DNA from: Microcoleus sp.
GTDB taxonomy: Bacteria; Cyanobacteriota; Cyanobacteriia; Cyanobacteriales; Microcoleaceae
DNA length: 64,000 bases
Assembly: GCA_042408215.1 (NCBI GenBank)
Contig: JAYFMW010000017.1
Span: 288,001-352,000 of the forward strand
Direction: 5' to 3'
Below, one piece after another: positions 11,755 to 23,571 of the stretch (position 1 is its first letter; every line of letters begins with the position of its first letter). The position numbers and the translations under genes were made by a program. The notes under the pieces are model-generated. The model was not told where the DNA came from, made no database searches, and was given only the letters and a program-made list of their open reading frames with translations.

Positions 11755-12141
11755 ATGAAAATCACCAAGATACATCATGTGGCCATAATTTGCTCAGATT
11801 ACGAAGCATCCAAGAAATTTTATGTACAAGTGTTAGGATGTTCGATTGTCAAAGAAACTTTCCGAACCCAGAGGAATTCTTACAAACTAGATTTGCAATT
11901 TGGAAACGGTGACAGGATCGAGCTTTTCTCATTTCCTCATCCTCCTGGAAGGGTGAACAATCCTGAAGCTTGCGGTTTAAGGCATTTAGCTTTTGCAGTT
12001 GAGGACCTCCAACAATCGGTGGCTTATTTAAAATCTCAAAATGTCGATGTGGAAGAAATTCGCATCGACGAGATTACAGGAAAGCAGTTTACATTTTTCC
12101 GAGATCCCGACAATTTACCATTAGAAATATATGAATTTTAG
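11755..12141 (+). CDS. VOC/glyoxalase I-like metalloprotein (YaeR-type)
   Basis: IHHVAIICSDYEASKKFY, ELFSFP, GLRHLAF, DPDNLPLEIYE. Confidence 0.92.
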   Translation: MKITKIHHVAIICSDYEASKKFYVQVLGCSIVKETFRTQRNSYKLDLQFGNGDRIELFSFPHPPGRVNNPEACGLRHLAFAVEDLQQSVAYLKSQNVDVEEIRIDEITGKQFTFFRDPDNLPLEIYEF

Positions 12142-12204
12142 ACCGATCAGTCAGTCTAGGGAACAGAGCGATCGACCCGATCGCCCTTTGGCCCTCAAAA
12201 ACAA

Positions 12205-12726
12205 TCAATGTCCGTCGGGGCCGATGGTGGTGCGATCGCACTCAGCGTCAGATAAGTCTCCCAAACGCGATCGAAATAAATTGCACCCAGCTAATTGAGC
12301 TTTGGTGAATTTGGCAAATGCCAAATTAGTTCTGCTTAAATCAGCATTCCTCAAGTCTGCATTGCTCAAATCTGCATTGTACAAATCCGCACCTTGCAAA
12401 TTAGCTTTCTGCAAATTAACACCTTGCAAATTCGCGTGGCGCAAATTAGCTCTTGACAAATTAGCACCGGACAAGTTGGCTTCAGACAAATTGGCTTGAT
12501 AAAGTTGAGTGTCACCCAATTCAGCATCTTGAAACTGAGTTTTAGAAAGATTAGCTTGAGTCAGATTTCCGTAGGGTAAATAAGTTTGCCTCAAGTCGCT
12601 GCCAGAAAGATTTATTTCTTGCAAATCAGCTTGGAACAAATTGTTTTCACTTAAATCTACGGCGTCAAAGTTTCGCTTCCCCTCAGAATACTGAGCCAGC
12701 AATTCCTTAGCGCTTAGCTTTTGCAT
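12205..12726 (-). CDS. Pentapeptide repeat protein
   Basis: ANLSEANLSGANLSRANL repeats; N-terminus ELLAQYSEGKRNF. Start taken at MQKL (12726). Confidence 0.9.
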   Translation of the reverse strand: MQKLSAKELLAQYSEGKRNFDAVDLSENNLFQADLQEINLSGSDLRQTYLPYGNLTQANLSKTQFQDAELGDTQLYQANLSEANLSGANLSRANLRHANLQGVNLQKANLQGADLYNADLSNADLRNADLSRTNLAFAKFTKAQLAGCNLFRSRLGDLSDAECDRTTIGPDGH

Positions 12727-12949
12727 TTTTACCCCTTTATGACTACAGCTAGTGCTGCCCATCCATTAGAATAATTAATGGATTTTTTTTTTGCGTATTT
12801 ATACTTATTGATTCCCTTATGTTAAGCTTGTGTAACAACGATCGCATTTTTTCTAAGATTTTTTTTATATTTGTCCATTGATGCGCTGCTACTAAGTAGT
12901 TTGTAATGTCAAGATCAAATCAGCAACCAAAGAGGCTCCGACTCTGACT

Positions 12950-14488
12950 ATGCCAGAAACTCCAGTATCCATTGCTCAGCACTACCACCAACGGACAAAA
13001 TATGACCCTGAAACCATTGCGGCCAAAAGCAGACAGCTAGATTGGGAAGAGCAACCTGTTCCTTTCAAAGAATATAAAATTGGAGCATATTTTGACCTCA
13101 AGCCCTATCTCAAAGAGACATCAGAGGAGTCCCAGGCCGATTCTGATGGCAGTTGGTGGCACCGATTGTCCAACTTCCTGCTGTGCAGCTACGGCTTGAC
13201 AGCCAAAGTCTCCACGATGGATGGGAGCCCGCTGTATCTGCGATCGGCACCGTCGGCTGGGGGGCTTTACCCCGCAGAGGTTTATTTGGTGTCGCGCGGC
13301 ACTAAGTATCTGCCAGCCGGACTTTACAATTATCAGGCGAGAACTCATTCCCTAGTTCACTTTTGGGATAGCGAAGTTTGGCTGGCTCTGCAAGCGGCTT
13401 GTTTTTGGTCGCCAGCTTTGGAAGATGCCAAATTTGCACTTGCAATTACCAATGTCTTTTTCCGTTCTTCTTGGCGCTACGAAGACCGAGCTTATAGACG
13501 AATTTTCCTAGACACAGGTCATTTATTGAGCAACATCGAATTAGCCGCGGCGCTGAATGACTACCGACCTCACCTGATTGGAGGATTCGCAGATGAAGCC
13601 GTCAATCAATTGCTTTACATCGACTCAAAGCAAGAAGGAGCAATCTGTGTAGTTGCTTTAGCGGACTTGCTAGATATCAACCAAAAGTTGCCAAGATTCA
13701 GAACAGCTTTACCTGGAAAAAGCACCACAGATTACCAAAACATCCCCGAAGGTCAACTGCTAGAATACCTCCATCAAGCTACACAGTTGGAGTCAGATAC
13801 GACAGGTGCTGATGGCTGGAAAATGAAGGAAAATGAAGAGGGAATAGAAGATAAATATAACTTCCCATTTTGTACTAAAGTATCGACGGTAACTCCTTCT
13901 ATAAGTTGGGGATTTCACCTAGAGAATTTAGAGAATACAATTCTGAAACGCCGTTCTACTCGTTCCTATACAGGTGCTTCCTTGAGCTTGGCAGAACTGC
14001 TAGCCATGCTGGATTTTACTTATCAGCCACACCACTACACTGACCAAGGATTAGATGGTTATCCTGACTATTTCGATTTGAGTTTAATCGAGACTTTTGT
14101 GGCGGTGTCTGGTGTGAATGGTCTTGAAGAAGGCTGTTATTATTATGCTCCTAAAGCTCAAGAGTTGCGGCAAATTCGGTTTAAAAATTTCCGTAGGGAG
14201 TTGCACTATTTGTGCTTGGGGCAAGAATTAGGCAGAGATGCGGGGGTTTTGTTGTTTCATACGGCGGATTTGAAGAAGGCGGTGGGAAAATATGGCGATC
14301 GCGTTTACCGTTATTTGCACATGGATGCAGGTCATTTGGGCCAGCGGCTGAATTTGGCGGCGATTCAACTGCGTTTGGGTGTGAGTGGGATTGCGGGTTT
14401 TTTTGATGATAAGGTGAATGAGGTTCTGGGAATTCCGGCTGATGAAGCGGTGCTTTATATTACTACTTTGGGTAGGCCTCGATCTTGA
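12950..14488 (+). CDS. SagB/ThcOx-family peptide dehydrogenase (two nitroreductase domains)
   Basis: RSAPSAGGLYPAE, RRSTRSY, YRYLHMDAGHLGQ motifs. Confidence 0.9.
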   Translation: MPETPVSIAQHYHQRTKYDPETIAAKSRQLDWEEQPVPFKEYKIGAYFDLKPYLKETSEESQADSDGSWWHRLSNFLLCSYGLTAKVSTMDGSPLYLRSAPSAGGLYPAEVYLVSRGTKYLPAGLYNYQARTHSLVHFWDSEVWLALQAACFWSPALEDAKFALAITNVFFRSSWRYEDRAYRRIFLDTGHLLSNIELAAALNDYRPHLIGGFADEAVNQLLYIDSKQEGAICVVALADLLDINQKLPRFRTALPGKSTTDYQNIPEGQLLEYLHQATQLESDTTGADGWKMKENEEGIEDKYNFPFCTKVSTVTPSISWGFHLENLENTILKRRSTRSYTGASLSLAELLAMLDFTYQPHHYTDQGLDGYPDYFDLSLIETFVAVSGVNGLEEGCYYYAPKAQELRQIRFKNFRRELHYLCLGQELGRDAGVLLFHTADLKKAVGKYGDRVYRYLHMDAGHLGQRLNLAAIQLRLGVSGIAGFFDDKVNEVLGIPADEAVLYITTLGRPRS

Positions 14489-14500
14489 TGTTTGTTTGTT

Positions 14501-14605
14501 ATATCAAATCCGGTAGCATCGGAATTATTCATCTCTCTCTTCTCTCCCTCTGCGCCCTCTGCGCCCTCTGCGGTTAAATCATTCCGATGCAACCGGAAAC
14601 GATAT
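14501..14605. repeat. Short IR-bounded dispersed repeat containing CTCTGCGCC tandems; inverted copy at about 48276-48380
   Basis: ATATCAAATCCGGTAGCATCGGAAT...ATTCCGATGCAACCGGAAACGATAT. Confidence 0.7.
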
Positions 14606-14632
14606 TATTCGTTAGTTTAAGACTTAGGGACT

Positions 14633-14868
14633 CCGCCAAAGAAACCGGGTTTTTATTAATTTTGTCAGTGGGAACGAAGTATTGTCGTAAAAAACCCGGT
14701 TTCTGAACCCCCGCCAAAGAAACCGGGTTTTTATTAATTTTGTCAGTGGGAACGAAGTATTGTCGTAAAAAACCCGGTTTCTGAACCCCCGCCAAAGAAA
14801 CCGGGTTTTTATTAATTTTGTCAGTGGGAACGAAGTATTGTCGTAAAAAACCCGGTTTCTGAACCCCC
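14633..14868. repeat. Three tandem 78-bp units of the AGAAACCGGGTTTT...AAAACCCGGTTTCT repeat family
   Basis: Units at 14633, 14711 and 14789; single members at about 26193-26259, 29963-30030 and 38912-38978. Confidence 0.9.
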
Positions 14869-14923
14869 ATGATGCCCTATGCCCAATGCCCAATGCCCAA
14901 TGCCCAATGCCCAATGCCCATGC

Positions 14924-16309
14924 TTATTTTCCAATACAAAATCTGCTAAATATTCTGTCCAAGACTGATTCTGTTACCTCTTCTCCTGTAACTTCTCCTA
15001 GTGCTTTAATTGCACCGCGTAAATCTATTGTCCAAAAATCTAAGGGCAATTTGTTGTTGATAGTAACTAGGCATTGTTCTATACAAATTTTTGCTTTGGT
15101 GATGGCTGCTGCTTGTCTTTGGTTAATGGCTAAGTCTGTGTTTGCTGCTTGTAAATTCTTCCCGCTGACGGCATCTAAGATTGCTGTTTCTAAGTCTTCT
15201 ATTCCTCGATATTGGGCGGCGGCTGTGGTGACTATTCGGTGAGTTTCAGAGGCAAAAGGTAATTTTGGGGTTGTTTTTACTAGGTCGATTTTGTTGATGA
15301 TTATGATTAGCTGGCGGTGTTTTACTTGTTCGTAAATTTCCGAATCGCCTTCTGTCCATCCACATACCGCGTCAATTGTCAATAATACCAGATCGGCTTG
15401 CTGTGCTGCTGCGCGCGATCGCTCGACTCCAATTTTTTCTACTTTGTCATCCGTTTCCCGAATGCCCGCAGTGTCGAGCACCTGCACCGGAATGCCGCCT
15501 ACAACTAACTGGGATTCTACCACATCCCTGGTTGTACCGGGCAAATCGGTGACGATCGCCCGATCGCACCTACTCCACGCATTCAACAAACTCGATTTTC
15601 CCACATTCGGGCGGCCGACTATCGCTACTTTCAAACCGGTTCTCAACAACTCTCCGCGATCGGCTGTTGCCAAAATAGTTGACAATTCCTCTAAAATATG
15701 CTTAATTTCAAATACTGTTTGAGCTTCATCTAAAGGCGGCAAATCTTCCTCAAAATCAATTCTCGCTTCAATTTCTGCTAACACATCCAAACAATTTGTT
15801 CTCAGTAAGCGAATGGGCTGCGCCAATTTTCCCTGCAACCCCGCCAAAGCACTTTGTGCAGCAGCGGGGGATTGTGCTCCCACCAAATCTGCGATGCTTT
15901 CAGCTTGAGTTAAATCGAGTCTCCCGTTCAAAAAAGCCCGCAGCGAAAACTCTCCCGGTTGTGCCAATCTCGCCCCGTTTTCCAAACACAATTGCAAGAC
16001 TTGCTGCACGGCGATAATCCCACCGTGACAGTGAAATTCCACCACATCTTCGCGAGTAAAAGAACGTGGCGCTTTCATGATTAGTAGTAAAGCTTCATCG
16101 ACTAATTCTTGAGTTTGGGGGCGGCGGATGTAGCCGTAAAGTATGCGGTGAGACTCCCTAATTTGCCGTCCTGGGGTGCGAAACAGAGTTTCGGCAATTT
16201 TTAAAGCTTCGGAACCGGAAACTCGCACAATGCCGACGCTGCCTTGTTGGGGAACTATGGCAGTGGCGATCGCGGCGATCGTTCCTCCTTTTGTTAGTGA
16301 TTCAGACAT
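14924..16309 (-). CDS. mnmE: tRNA modification GTPase MnmE/TrmE
   Basis: [42 protein letters not shown]-terminal IFSRFCIGK. Start taken at MSESL (16309). Confidence 0.97.
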   Translation of the reverse strand: MSESLTKGGTIAAIATAIVPQQGSVGIVRVSGSEALKIAETLFRTPGRQIRESHRILYGYIRRPQTQELVDEALLLIMKAPRSFTREDVVEFHCHGGIIAVQQVLQLCLENGARLAQPGEFSLRAFLNGRLDLTQAESIADLVGAQSPAAAQSALAGLQGKLAQPIRLLRTNCLDVLAEIEARIDFEEDLPPLDEAQTVFEIKHILEELSTILATADRGELLRTGLKVAIVGRPNVGKSSLLNAWSRCDRAIVTDLPGTTRDVVESQLVVGGIPVQVLDTAGIRETDDKVEKIGVERSRAAAQQADLVLLTIDAVCGWTEGDSEIYEQVKHRQLIIIINKIDLVKTTPKLPFASETHRIVTTAAAQYRGIEDLETAILDAVSGKNLQAANTDLAINQRQAAAITKAKICIEQCLVTINNKLPLDFWTIDLRGAIKALGEVTGEEVTESVLDRIFSRFCIGK

Positions 16310-16334
16310 TTTTAATTGCTCTCTTGTTAAATAT

Positions 16335-16544
16335 TTATCTTGATTCTTCTCTGGTGTAAATATCTGGTTCGTCATGCAAAAACTCAAAACAGCCGCCCTT
16401 TTGAGCAAGTTGCACGAGTTCCTGAGTCGAAGGGTAGGGGATGTTTGCAAATAATTTTTCGGCGCTCGCTAATTGCTCGTCTGCTGAGAGAGATAAGATC
16501 ACTTGAATTAGGGAGTCAACCAGTTGTACGTTCATTTTATTCAC
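16335..16544 (-). CDS. Small hypothetical protein, possibly degenerate
   Basis: 69-aa ORF ending [12 protein letters not shown], resembling small cyanobacterial hypothetical/antitoxin-like proteins; recognition is weak. Confidence 0.45.
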   Translation of the reverse strand: MNKMNVQLVDSLIQVILSLSADEQLASAEKLFANIPYPSTQELVQLAQKGGCFEFLHDEPDIYTREESR

Positions 16545-16838
16545 CTGTTGCCCGGTTGTTTAATTATACAGGTTTGATTTACAGGAGCAACAAGTTTAGC
16601 AAAAAAAACTCATATTTCAAAATTAGGTCTATAATAATTAGACAGAACCCGATTTTCCCCCCGCGAGTTGAATTATACTATCAGTTGAGGCTTCCCATCT
16701 ACCGTCAACGGATAGGGGCAGCAGATTGGGGCGAATCTTCAAGCTAGCTTCGAGATAAAACTTAAAGGTACTTCGGCTTCAGAGTTGGTTATCCTGATTT
16801 TATGCGATAATTTAGGATTAACAGGGATGAGGTAGAGC

Positions 16839-19085
16839 ATGAGTAGTCAACTTCTCGACGGGCGTTATCGCATTATTAAAGTCACAGGCTCCAATCCAGT
16901 TGGAAAAACTTATCTGGCCGCAGATACTCATCGTCCGGGGTATCCGCAATGCACGGTTAGAGAAATGCGACTACCCGATACAATTTCGCAAACTCCCGAA
17001 TTAATCAAAGTTATTTTTCAAAGCAACGCAGAAATAATAGAAAAGTTGGGAAAATACGACAAAATTCCCGAATTATTGGCGTATTTTGAGGAAAATCAAA
17101 GTTTATACTTAATTGAAGAATTTATTGCCGGGTCAGCTTTAAGTCAAGAATTGATACCGGGTCAATGTTGGGCAGAAGACCAAGTAATTGCTCTGCTCGA
17201 AGAAGTATTAAAAATTTTGGTCTTTATACACAAAAACGGCTTCATCCACGGCAGAGTTCAACCGGCAAATCTGACTAGGCGAGAGTCTGACCGTAAGTTG
17301 GTGTTAATTGACTTTAGGTTAGACAAAGAGATTAACCGGGAAATTGTTGGTCACTTGTTCCCTCAAAATTCTTCAAACTTAGTCAAAGGGCTTGTTACAA
17401 AAAAAGAGCAAAAACTAAAACCTGAGCTTGTTGTCCAGACCGTATATACGCCGATCGAGCAATCTGAAGGCAACCCTCGTTACAATAGCGACATCTATGC
17501 TCTAGGTACGATCGCCCTGGTTGCTCTGACGGGGCTTTCGGCTCCTGAACTGGCTTGTTTGAAAAACCATAAAGGCGAATTCGATTGGCGCGATCGGGCA
17601 ATTTGTTCTGTAGCGCTAGCAGATATTATTGACAAAATGGTGCGCTCTAACTTCGAGGAACGCTATCAGAAGGCCACGGAAGTTTTAGCCGACCTCAAAC
17701 AAATGGCTTTCAAAACCGCCCACAAAACCAAGGTTGAGCTGTCACCAGCAACTATGATTACCCGTACTCGTGCTATGAGTCAACGGCCGCCACAGCCAAT
17801 CAGCCAAACCCTTCTGCTGACTCTTCGATCTAGTATCGCTCTGGGCGCCGGAGCTTTGATCTTGACAGTCGGAATAATTTACTTTTGGCAGAGTAACAAT
17901 CCGGCGAGGGCAAAAGAATTGTTCGCTCGCGGTCAGCAGAAGGCACTGCAAGGGGACAAAGCAGGTGCGATCGCCGATTATACAAGCGCGATCGCCCTGA
18001 ATGACAGCGATGCGGAAGCTTTCTATCATCGAGCTAACGCTCGCTACGACATCGGAGATCGCGAGCAAGCAGTACAGGACTACACGCAAGCCATTAAAGT
18101 CAATCCCAGCCACAGCAAAGCCATCTACAATCGAGGTCTGGCCCGCCGCGACATCGGGGACAAGCGCGGAGCCCTTGAAGATTTCACCATCGCCATTAGG
18201 CTGAATCCCAGCGACGCAGAGGCTTACTACCAGCGGGCTCTAGCCTACTACGATTTGGGAGACTACCGCACTGCAATAGAAGACTACACTCAAGCAATTC
18301 GACAGGCTCCCAATGATGCTACAGCTTACAGCAACCGGGGTTTAGCTCGATCGGCGATCGGCGACAAGAGTGGGGCGATGGCAGATTTTACCCAAGCGAT
18401 TCAAATTAGCCCCAATGATGCTGGGGTTTATTACAGTCGGGGTCGATCGAGATTTAATCTGGCAGATTATCAAGGAGCGATGGCAGATTATAGTAAGGCG
18501 ATCGAATTGGCACCCGATCGAGCTGATGCTTATACCAACCGATGCGGTGCTTACTTGAATTTGGCAAGTTACGACAAAGCGATTGAAGATTGCACTCAAG
18601 CAATTACCATCGATCCAAAAGACGAAGCTGCTTACAATAACCGCTGCATTGCTTACCTGAATTTAAAACAATTTCAGAAAGCTGGTGAAGATTGCAGTTT
18701 GACTATCGGACTCAACGGCAACAATCCTAAAGCATACAGTAATCGAGGGTTGGCTCGCGCGGCTTCGGGAGACAAGGGCGGGGCGATCGAAGATTTTACT
18801 CAGGCAATTCGCCTCAATCCCAGTGATGCAGTTGCTTACAGCAATCGCGGTACTATTTACTCTGAACTCAAAAACTACGCTTTAGCCGTTGAGGATTTTG
18901 CCCAGTCACTGCGGCTCAATCCCAACAATGCTACAGCTTTCTACAGCCGTGGCCTCGTCCGCCGCCAACTCAAAGATCGTACCGGGGCGATCGAGGATTT
19001 TCAGAAAGCTGCAACCCTGTTTCTAGAACAAGGGAGGGCTGATGGTTTCCAAAACGCGCAATTACAGATTAACGAAATTAAGTAA
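16839..19085 (+). CDS. Ser/Thr kinase-like (probable pseudokinase) with TM helix and TPR repeats
   Basis: Kinase fold with degenerate motifs (GSNPVG, TVRE, HGRVQP, DFR); TM SIALGAGALILTVGIIYFW; about 11 TPRs. Confidence 0.9.
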   Translation: MSSQLLDGRYRIIKVTGSNPVGKTYLAADTHRPGYPQCTVREMRLPDTISQTPELIKVIFQSNAEIIEKLGKYDKIPELLAYFEENQSLYLIEEFIAGSALSQELIPGQCWAEDQVIALLEEVLKILVFIHKNGFIHGRVQPANLTRRESDRKLVLIDFRLDKEINREIVGHLFPQNSSNLVKGLVTKKEQKLKPELVVQTVYTPIEQSEGNPRYNSDIYALGTIALVALTGLSAPELACLKNHKGEFDWRDRAICSVALADIIDKMVRSNFEERYQKATEVLADLKQMAFKTAHKTKVELSPATMITRTRAMSQRPPQPISQTLLLTLRSSIALGAGALILTVGIIYFWQSNNPARAKELFARGQQKALQGDKAGAIADYTSAIALNDSDAEAFYHRANARYDIGDREQAVQDYTQAIKVNPSHSKAIYNRGLARRDIGDKRGALEDFTIAIRLNPSDAEAYYQRALAYYDLGDYRTAIEDYTQAIRQAPNDATAYSNRGLARSAIGDKSGAMADFTQAIQISPNDAGVYYSRGRSRFNLADYQGAMADYSKAIELAPDRADAYTNRCGAYLNLASYDKAIEDCTQAITIDPKDEAAYNNRCIAYLNLKQFQKAGEDCSLTIGLNGNNPKAYSNRGLARAASGDKGGAIEDFTQAIRLNPSDAVAYSNRGTIYSELKNYALAVEDFAQSLRLNPNNATAFYSRGLVRRQLKDRTGAIEDFQKAATLFLEQGRADGFQNAQLQINEIK

Positions 19086-19086
19086 A

Positions 19087-19438
19087 CTATTAGTCATTAG
19101 TCATTAGTCATTAGTCATTAGTCATTAGTCATTAGTCATTAGTCATTAGTCATTAGTCATTAGTCAGTGGTTATTTGTGATTTGTTAGTTGTTATTTGTT
19201 ATTTTTTAGTGGTTAGTTGTTATTTTTGGGTTATTATTTGTTAGTTGTTAGTTTTGGGTTGTGAGTTTTGGCGATCGTAACTAATGCCCAATGCCCAATT
19301 CCCAATGCCCAATTCCCAATTCCCAATTCCCAATTCCCAATTCCCAATTCCCAATTCCCAATTCCCAATTCCCCATTCCCAATTCCCAATTCCCAATTCC
19401 CCATTCCCCATTCTCTATTTCCCATTCTCCATTCCCAA
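19087..19438. repeat. STRR heptamer tracts (TTAGTCA)n and (CCCAATT)n between the kinase genes
   Basis: Directly visible. Confidence 0.9.
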
Positions 19439-19439
19439 T

Positions 19440-21635
19440 ATGAATATGGTTGGTCAACTTTTAGACGGACGTTACCGCGTAGTACAAATCCTCAGTTCAG
19501 GGGCTTTCGGACAAACTTATTTAGCCGTCGATACTCGCCGTCCGGGACACCCTCAATGCGTGGTAAAACAACTCCGCCCTCCGAGCAATACTTCCACAGT
19601 TCTCAAAACGGCATACCGCTTATTTAAACAAGAGGCAGAAATTTTAGAAAAGCTGGGAAAACACGATCAAATTCCGTTTTTATTGGCTTATTTTGAAGAA
19701 AGAAATCAATTCTACCTCGTCGAAGAGTTTGTACCTGGTCATGCCTTAAATAGGGAAATTATAGCGGGTCAAGCTTGGCGAGAAGAACGAGCGATATCGC
19801 TCTTGGAAGAAGTCTTAGAACTGCTCAGGTTTGTACACTCTCAGGGAGTGATTCACCGCGATGTTAATCCGTCCAATTTAATCCGCCGGAAACCCGACGG
19901 TAAATTGGTTTTAATTGACTTCGGATCGGTCAAAGAAGTTGCGAATAACATCAGCGATTATGATACTGAATTTCCGAGAACAATTGCTACTGGAACTCCG
20001 GCTTATATGCCGATCGAACAATTTCAAGGCAACCCGCAATTTAGCAGCGATCTATATGCAGTCGGGATGATGGCTATCCAAGCTCTGACGGGTTTACCCG
20101 GTACGGATTTGCCAAAATTGCAAGATCCGAACCCTTCTCACACCGGAGAAATTGTCTGGCGAAACCGAGTTCAATGTTCGACAAATTTGGCGAATATAAT
20201 TGACAAAATGGTCTGTCACCAGTTTGGTAAGCGCTATAGGTCGGCTGAGGAAGTTTTGGTAGCTCTGAGCAAAATCAAGAACCGCCCAGATGCAGTGGCT
20301 ACGGCTCCAAAGGCTAGCATTTATCCTGCTACTTTACAGTCTAATTCTGGTTTTTGGGATCGTTTTGGTTCTAGTTTCGGGCTGATCTTGGCTGGGTTGG
20401 GGGCTGCGATCGCTTTAGTATTTTTGTTGAATTATTTAAATCGCCCGAATCCAATTAAAGCTAGGCAATATTACGAAGAAGGGGTGGAAAAATCTCGCCA
20501 TAAAGATGCTGCTGGGGCTGTGCAGGCTTTTAACAGTTCAATTCAGTTAAATCCTCACAATCCTGAGACTTTTTATCAGCGGGGAAATGCTAACTATGAT
20601 TTAAAAAAGTATCAGGAGGCGATTGCAGATTATTCTCAGGCGATCGCTCTCAATCCGAATTATTTTAAAGCTTATTTTAACCGGGGATTAGCCCGTCACG
20701 ACTTCAACGACAAACGAGGGGCATTAGAGGATTACACTCAGGTTTTGAATCTCCAACCCAATGATGTTGACACATATTATGAACGAGGAGTTGCTTATTT
20801 AGAACTGCAAGATTACAAGACTGCTATTCAAGATTTTAACGAGGTAGTTCGATTGCAGCCGACTCTTCCTAAAGCTTATCATTCCCGGGGGTTGGCTCGG
20901 GCTGGGGGTGGCGATTTGCCCGGGGCGATCGGCGATTATACTGAGGCAATTCGGCTCGATTCTCAGAATGTTGATGCTTTCTATAGTCGGGGGAGAGCTC
21001 GCTTTCATTTGGGAGATTATAAGGGAGCTTTAGCAGATTATTCTCAGGTAATTGCGATCGATCCTAAAAGTGCAGATGCTTACGCTAATCGGTGCAGCAC
21101 CCAGTTGAATTTGGGAGCGCATCAAGCGGCAATAGACGATTGCACTCAGGCAATTTCGCTGAGTAGTGAGGATGCGGTTCCTTACAACAATCGCTGCATT
21201 GCTTATTTAAACTTAAAGGATTATCCAAAAGCAATTGATGATTGCACTCAAGCGGTGACATTAAATCCAAATGATTATCATGCTTTTAGCAATCGGGGTT
21301 TAGCTCGCAACGAAGCGGGAGACGCACAGGGGGCGATCGCCGATTTGACCTCAGCAATTGGGCTCAATCCCAACGATGCTGAAGCTTACGCCAATCGAGC
21401 TAAGATTTACCAACAGTTAAATAATTACAATAGTGCGATCGCCGATTACGTCCAAGCTATTCGGATCAATCCGAATTATGCTGCGGCTTACTACGGTAGA
21501 GGCATAGTTCGCCGCTCTTTGGGAGACAAAGCCGGAGCCCTTAGCGATTTTGATAAAGCAGGCAAAATCTTTCTCGATCAAGGGCTTACCAACGGTTACA
21601 AAGATGTTCAATTTGAGATTGACAAGCTCAAATAG
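19440..21635 (+). CDS. Ser/Thr protein kinase with TM helix and TPR repeats
   Basis: [56 protein letters not shown]; TPRs. The upstream extension in the ORF track is STRR-derived. Confidence 0.93.
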   Translation: MNMVGQLLDGRYRVVQILSSGAFGQTYLAVDTRRPGHPQCVVKQLRPPSNTSTVLKTAYRLFKQEAEILEKLGKHDQIPFLLAYFEERNQFYLVEEFVPGHALNREIIAGQAWREERAISLLEEVLELLRFVHSQGVIHRDVNPSNLIRRKPDGKLVLIDFGSVKEVANNISDYDTEFPRTIATGTPAYMPIEQFQGNPQFSSDLYAVGMMAIQALTGLPGTDLPKLQDPNPSHTGEIVWRNRVQCSTNLANIIDKMVCHQFGKRYRSAEEVLVALSKIKNRPDAVATAPKASIYPATLQSNSGFWDRFGSSFGLILAGLGAAIALVFLLNYLNRPNPIKARQYYEEGVEKSRHKDAAGAVQAFNSSIQLNPHNPETFYQRGNANYDLKKYQEAIADYSQAIALNPNYFKAYFNRGLARHDFNDKRGALEDYTQVLNLQPNDVDTYYERGVAYLELQDYKTAIQDFNEVVRLQPTLPKAYHSRGLARAGGGDLPGAIGDYTEAIRLDSQNVDAFYSRGRARFHLGDYKGALADYSQVIAIDPKSADAYANRCSTQLNLGAHQAAIDDCTQAISLSSEDAVPYNNRCIAYLNLKDYPKAIDDCTQAVTLNPNDYHAFSNRGLARNEAGDAQGAIADLTSAIGLNPNDAEAYANRAKIYQQLNNYNSAIADYVQAIRINPNYAAAYYGRGIVRRSLGDKAGALSDFDKAGKIFLDQGLTNGYKDVQFEIDKLK

Positions 21636-21895
21636 TCAGTAGTCATCAGTCATTAGTCAGTAGTCATTAGTCAGTAGTCAGTAGTCATTAGTCATTAGTC
21701 AGTAGTCATTAGTCATTAGTCAGTAGTCATTAGTCATTAGTCAGTAGTCATCAGTCATTAGTCAGTAGTCATTAGTCATTAGTCAGTAGTCAGTAGTCAG
21801 TAGTCAGTAGTCAGTAGTCAGTAGTCAGTAGTCAGTAGTTATTGGTTGCTTCCAATGCCCTATGCCCGATGCCCCATGCCCGATGCCCCATGCCC
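21633..21895. repeat. STRR heptamer tracts (TAGTCAG/TAGTCAT)n and (ATGCCCC)n
   Basis: Directly visible. Confidence 0.9.
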
Positions 21896-21896
21896 T

Positions 21897-23324
21897 TTAC
21901 GACTCTTGAAGTTGCTTCACCAATTCGTAAAACGGTTCCCAATTATCCTCAACAGCTATCTGCTCCCAAACGGCTTCAATCGTCGGCCTTAACAGCGATT
22001 GTTCGGGATTGTATCGGCGTAACCTGTCCGCCATTTTATCCAGATCATCCGCCGACAAAGTTTGCAAAACGTGACAATAAAACTGCCGCCAATGTGCTAT
22101 AAACTCCGTCGGTTCCGCCTCGGCAAAAATTTGACTAGCATCATCTCGCCAAGTGCGATTGAACTGTTTTCGCAACTCAAAAAAGAAACCTTGATAATCA
22201 ACTTGACTCTCAGCCAGCAGTTTAATTGTCAGTTGCAACAACTCATCAGCATCAGCATCCGGCAATTCCTCAAATCCCAACCTGTTGAGCATTAACTGCC
22301 GATAAGCTGTATTATAATAATTGCCAAACTTTGCCAAAGCAGCATCCATATCGGCTTGGTCAATCGCCCAAGCTAACGGTTGCTGAAGCTTCTCTAAATT
22401 CCCCTTGCAAATAAACGGTTGATTCCCGTAACAATAAAGACCATAATGGTCAAAATAAGCTGCCGTAAACTGAGGATTATAAGTTGGGATAAAAGCAAAA
22501 GGCCCATAATCAAAACTTTCTCCAGTAATCGACATATTATCAGTATTCAGCACAGCGTGACAAAAACCCGCCGCCATCCACTGAGCAACTAATTCGGCAA
22601 CTCTCTTGACTAATTCAGCATAGAACAGTGCATACTTTTCCGATTGAGAAATATCCCTATTGTTTGCTTCTAAATGCAATTCTGGATAGTAATATTCAAT
22701 CACAAAATCTAAAAGTTTTGTAATTAAATCTTGGCGACGGATGTAATGCAATCTTTCAAAAGTACCGAACCGGATGTGAGAATGGCTAAAACGCACCATT
22801 ACAGACGATCGCGTCGGAGAAGGTTCGTCCCCTCGCCACAAAGATTCCCCCGTTTCAACTAAACTAAAACAGCGAGATGTACGCACTCCCAATCGGTGCA
22901 AAGCTTCAGCAGCCAAAACTTCCCGAACTCCCCCTTTCAGAGTGAGTCTACCATCAGCAGACCGCGAATAGGGCGTGCGGCCGGAGCCTTTTGTGCCGAA
23001 GTCATAAAGTCTGCCATCAGTGCCGCGAACTTGACCATACAAAAAGCCTCTACCGTCGCCTAAATTGGGGTTATATTCGTTGAATTGATAGCCGTGGTAG
23101 CGGAGTGCGAGGAAGGGGCGGACGCAGTGAAATTCGCCGAATGCTTGGGTGAAATGTTCGTCGGTAACTTGGGCGGGGTCTAAACCCAATTTTGGTAATA
23201 ATTTGTCGTTGCGGAAGCGGAGGATGTGCTGGGGAAAATCGGCCGCAGGGACTTCATCAAAGTAGTCGCCACCGAGGGATTCGAGGGCGGGTTCGTAGTT
23301 GAGGGACAGCAAGGGATTTGACAT
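21897..23324 (-). CDS. YdiU/SelO-family protein adenylyltransferase
   Basis: [45 protein letters not shown]. Confidence 0.92.
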   Translation of the reverse strand: MSNPLLSLNYEPALESLGGDYFDEVPAADFPQHILRFRNDKLLPKLGLDPAQVTDEHFTQAFGEFHCVRPFLALRYHGYQFNEYNPNLGDGRGFLYGQVRGTDGRLYDFGTKGSGRTPYSRSADGRLTLKGGVREVLAAEALHRLGVRTSRCFSLVETGESLWRGDEPSPTRSSVMVRFSHSHIRFGTFERLHYIRRQDLITKLLDFVIEYYYPELHLEANNRDISQSEKYALFYAELVKRVAELVAQWMAAGFCHAVLNTDNMSITGESFDYGPFAFIPTYNPQFTAAYFDHYGLYCYGNQPFICKGNLEKLQQPLAWAIDQADMDAALAKFGNYYNTAYRQLMLNRLGFEELPDADADELLQLTIKLLAESQVDYQGFFFELRKQFNRTWRDDASQIFAEAEPTEFIAHWRQFYCHVLQTLSADDLDKMADRLRRYNPEQSLLRPTIEAVWEQIAVEDNWEPFYELVKQLQES

Positions 23325-23571
23325 TTTTGTATTTTATGCTGAAATTGGCGATCGCTCCAAATTATATACGGGTAAGGTGCGGTGTGCATGGAACTATACA
23401 GTTTCTATGGCAATTATATTTCATTTTTGAATAAGATTTTTTTTATTTACCGCAGAGGGCGCAGAGGGCGCGGAGGTGCTAGAAAAGAGAGAAAGAGGGA
23501 GAGGGAAATGTTCGCAAGTTAATGCAATTAGGTAAGGGTAAGGTGCGCACTGCGCACCCTACGGTTTCCAG

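Noticed and set aside
12950..14488. RiPP (TOMM/cyanobactin) cluster around the SagB-type gene
   Set aside because: No YcaO, precursor or transporter nearby; stand-alone copies are common in cyanobacteria.
14633..14868. CRISPR array, or ORFs 14574-14870 and 14624-14914
   Set aside because: The 'spacers' are identical; the ORFs are translations of the repeat.
16310..16450. 47-aa N-terminal extension of MnmE
   Set aside because: Overlaps the upstream small ORF; MnmE homology starts near TIAAIAT.
19284..19439. PNSQFPI N-terminal extension of the kinase (also 44288-44383)
   Set aside because: Translation of STRR heptamers.
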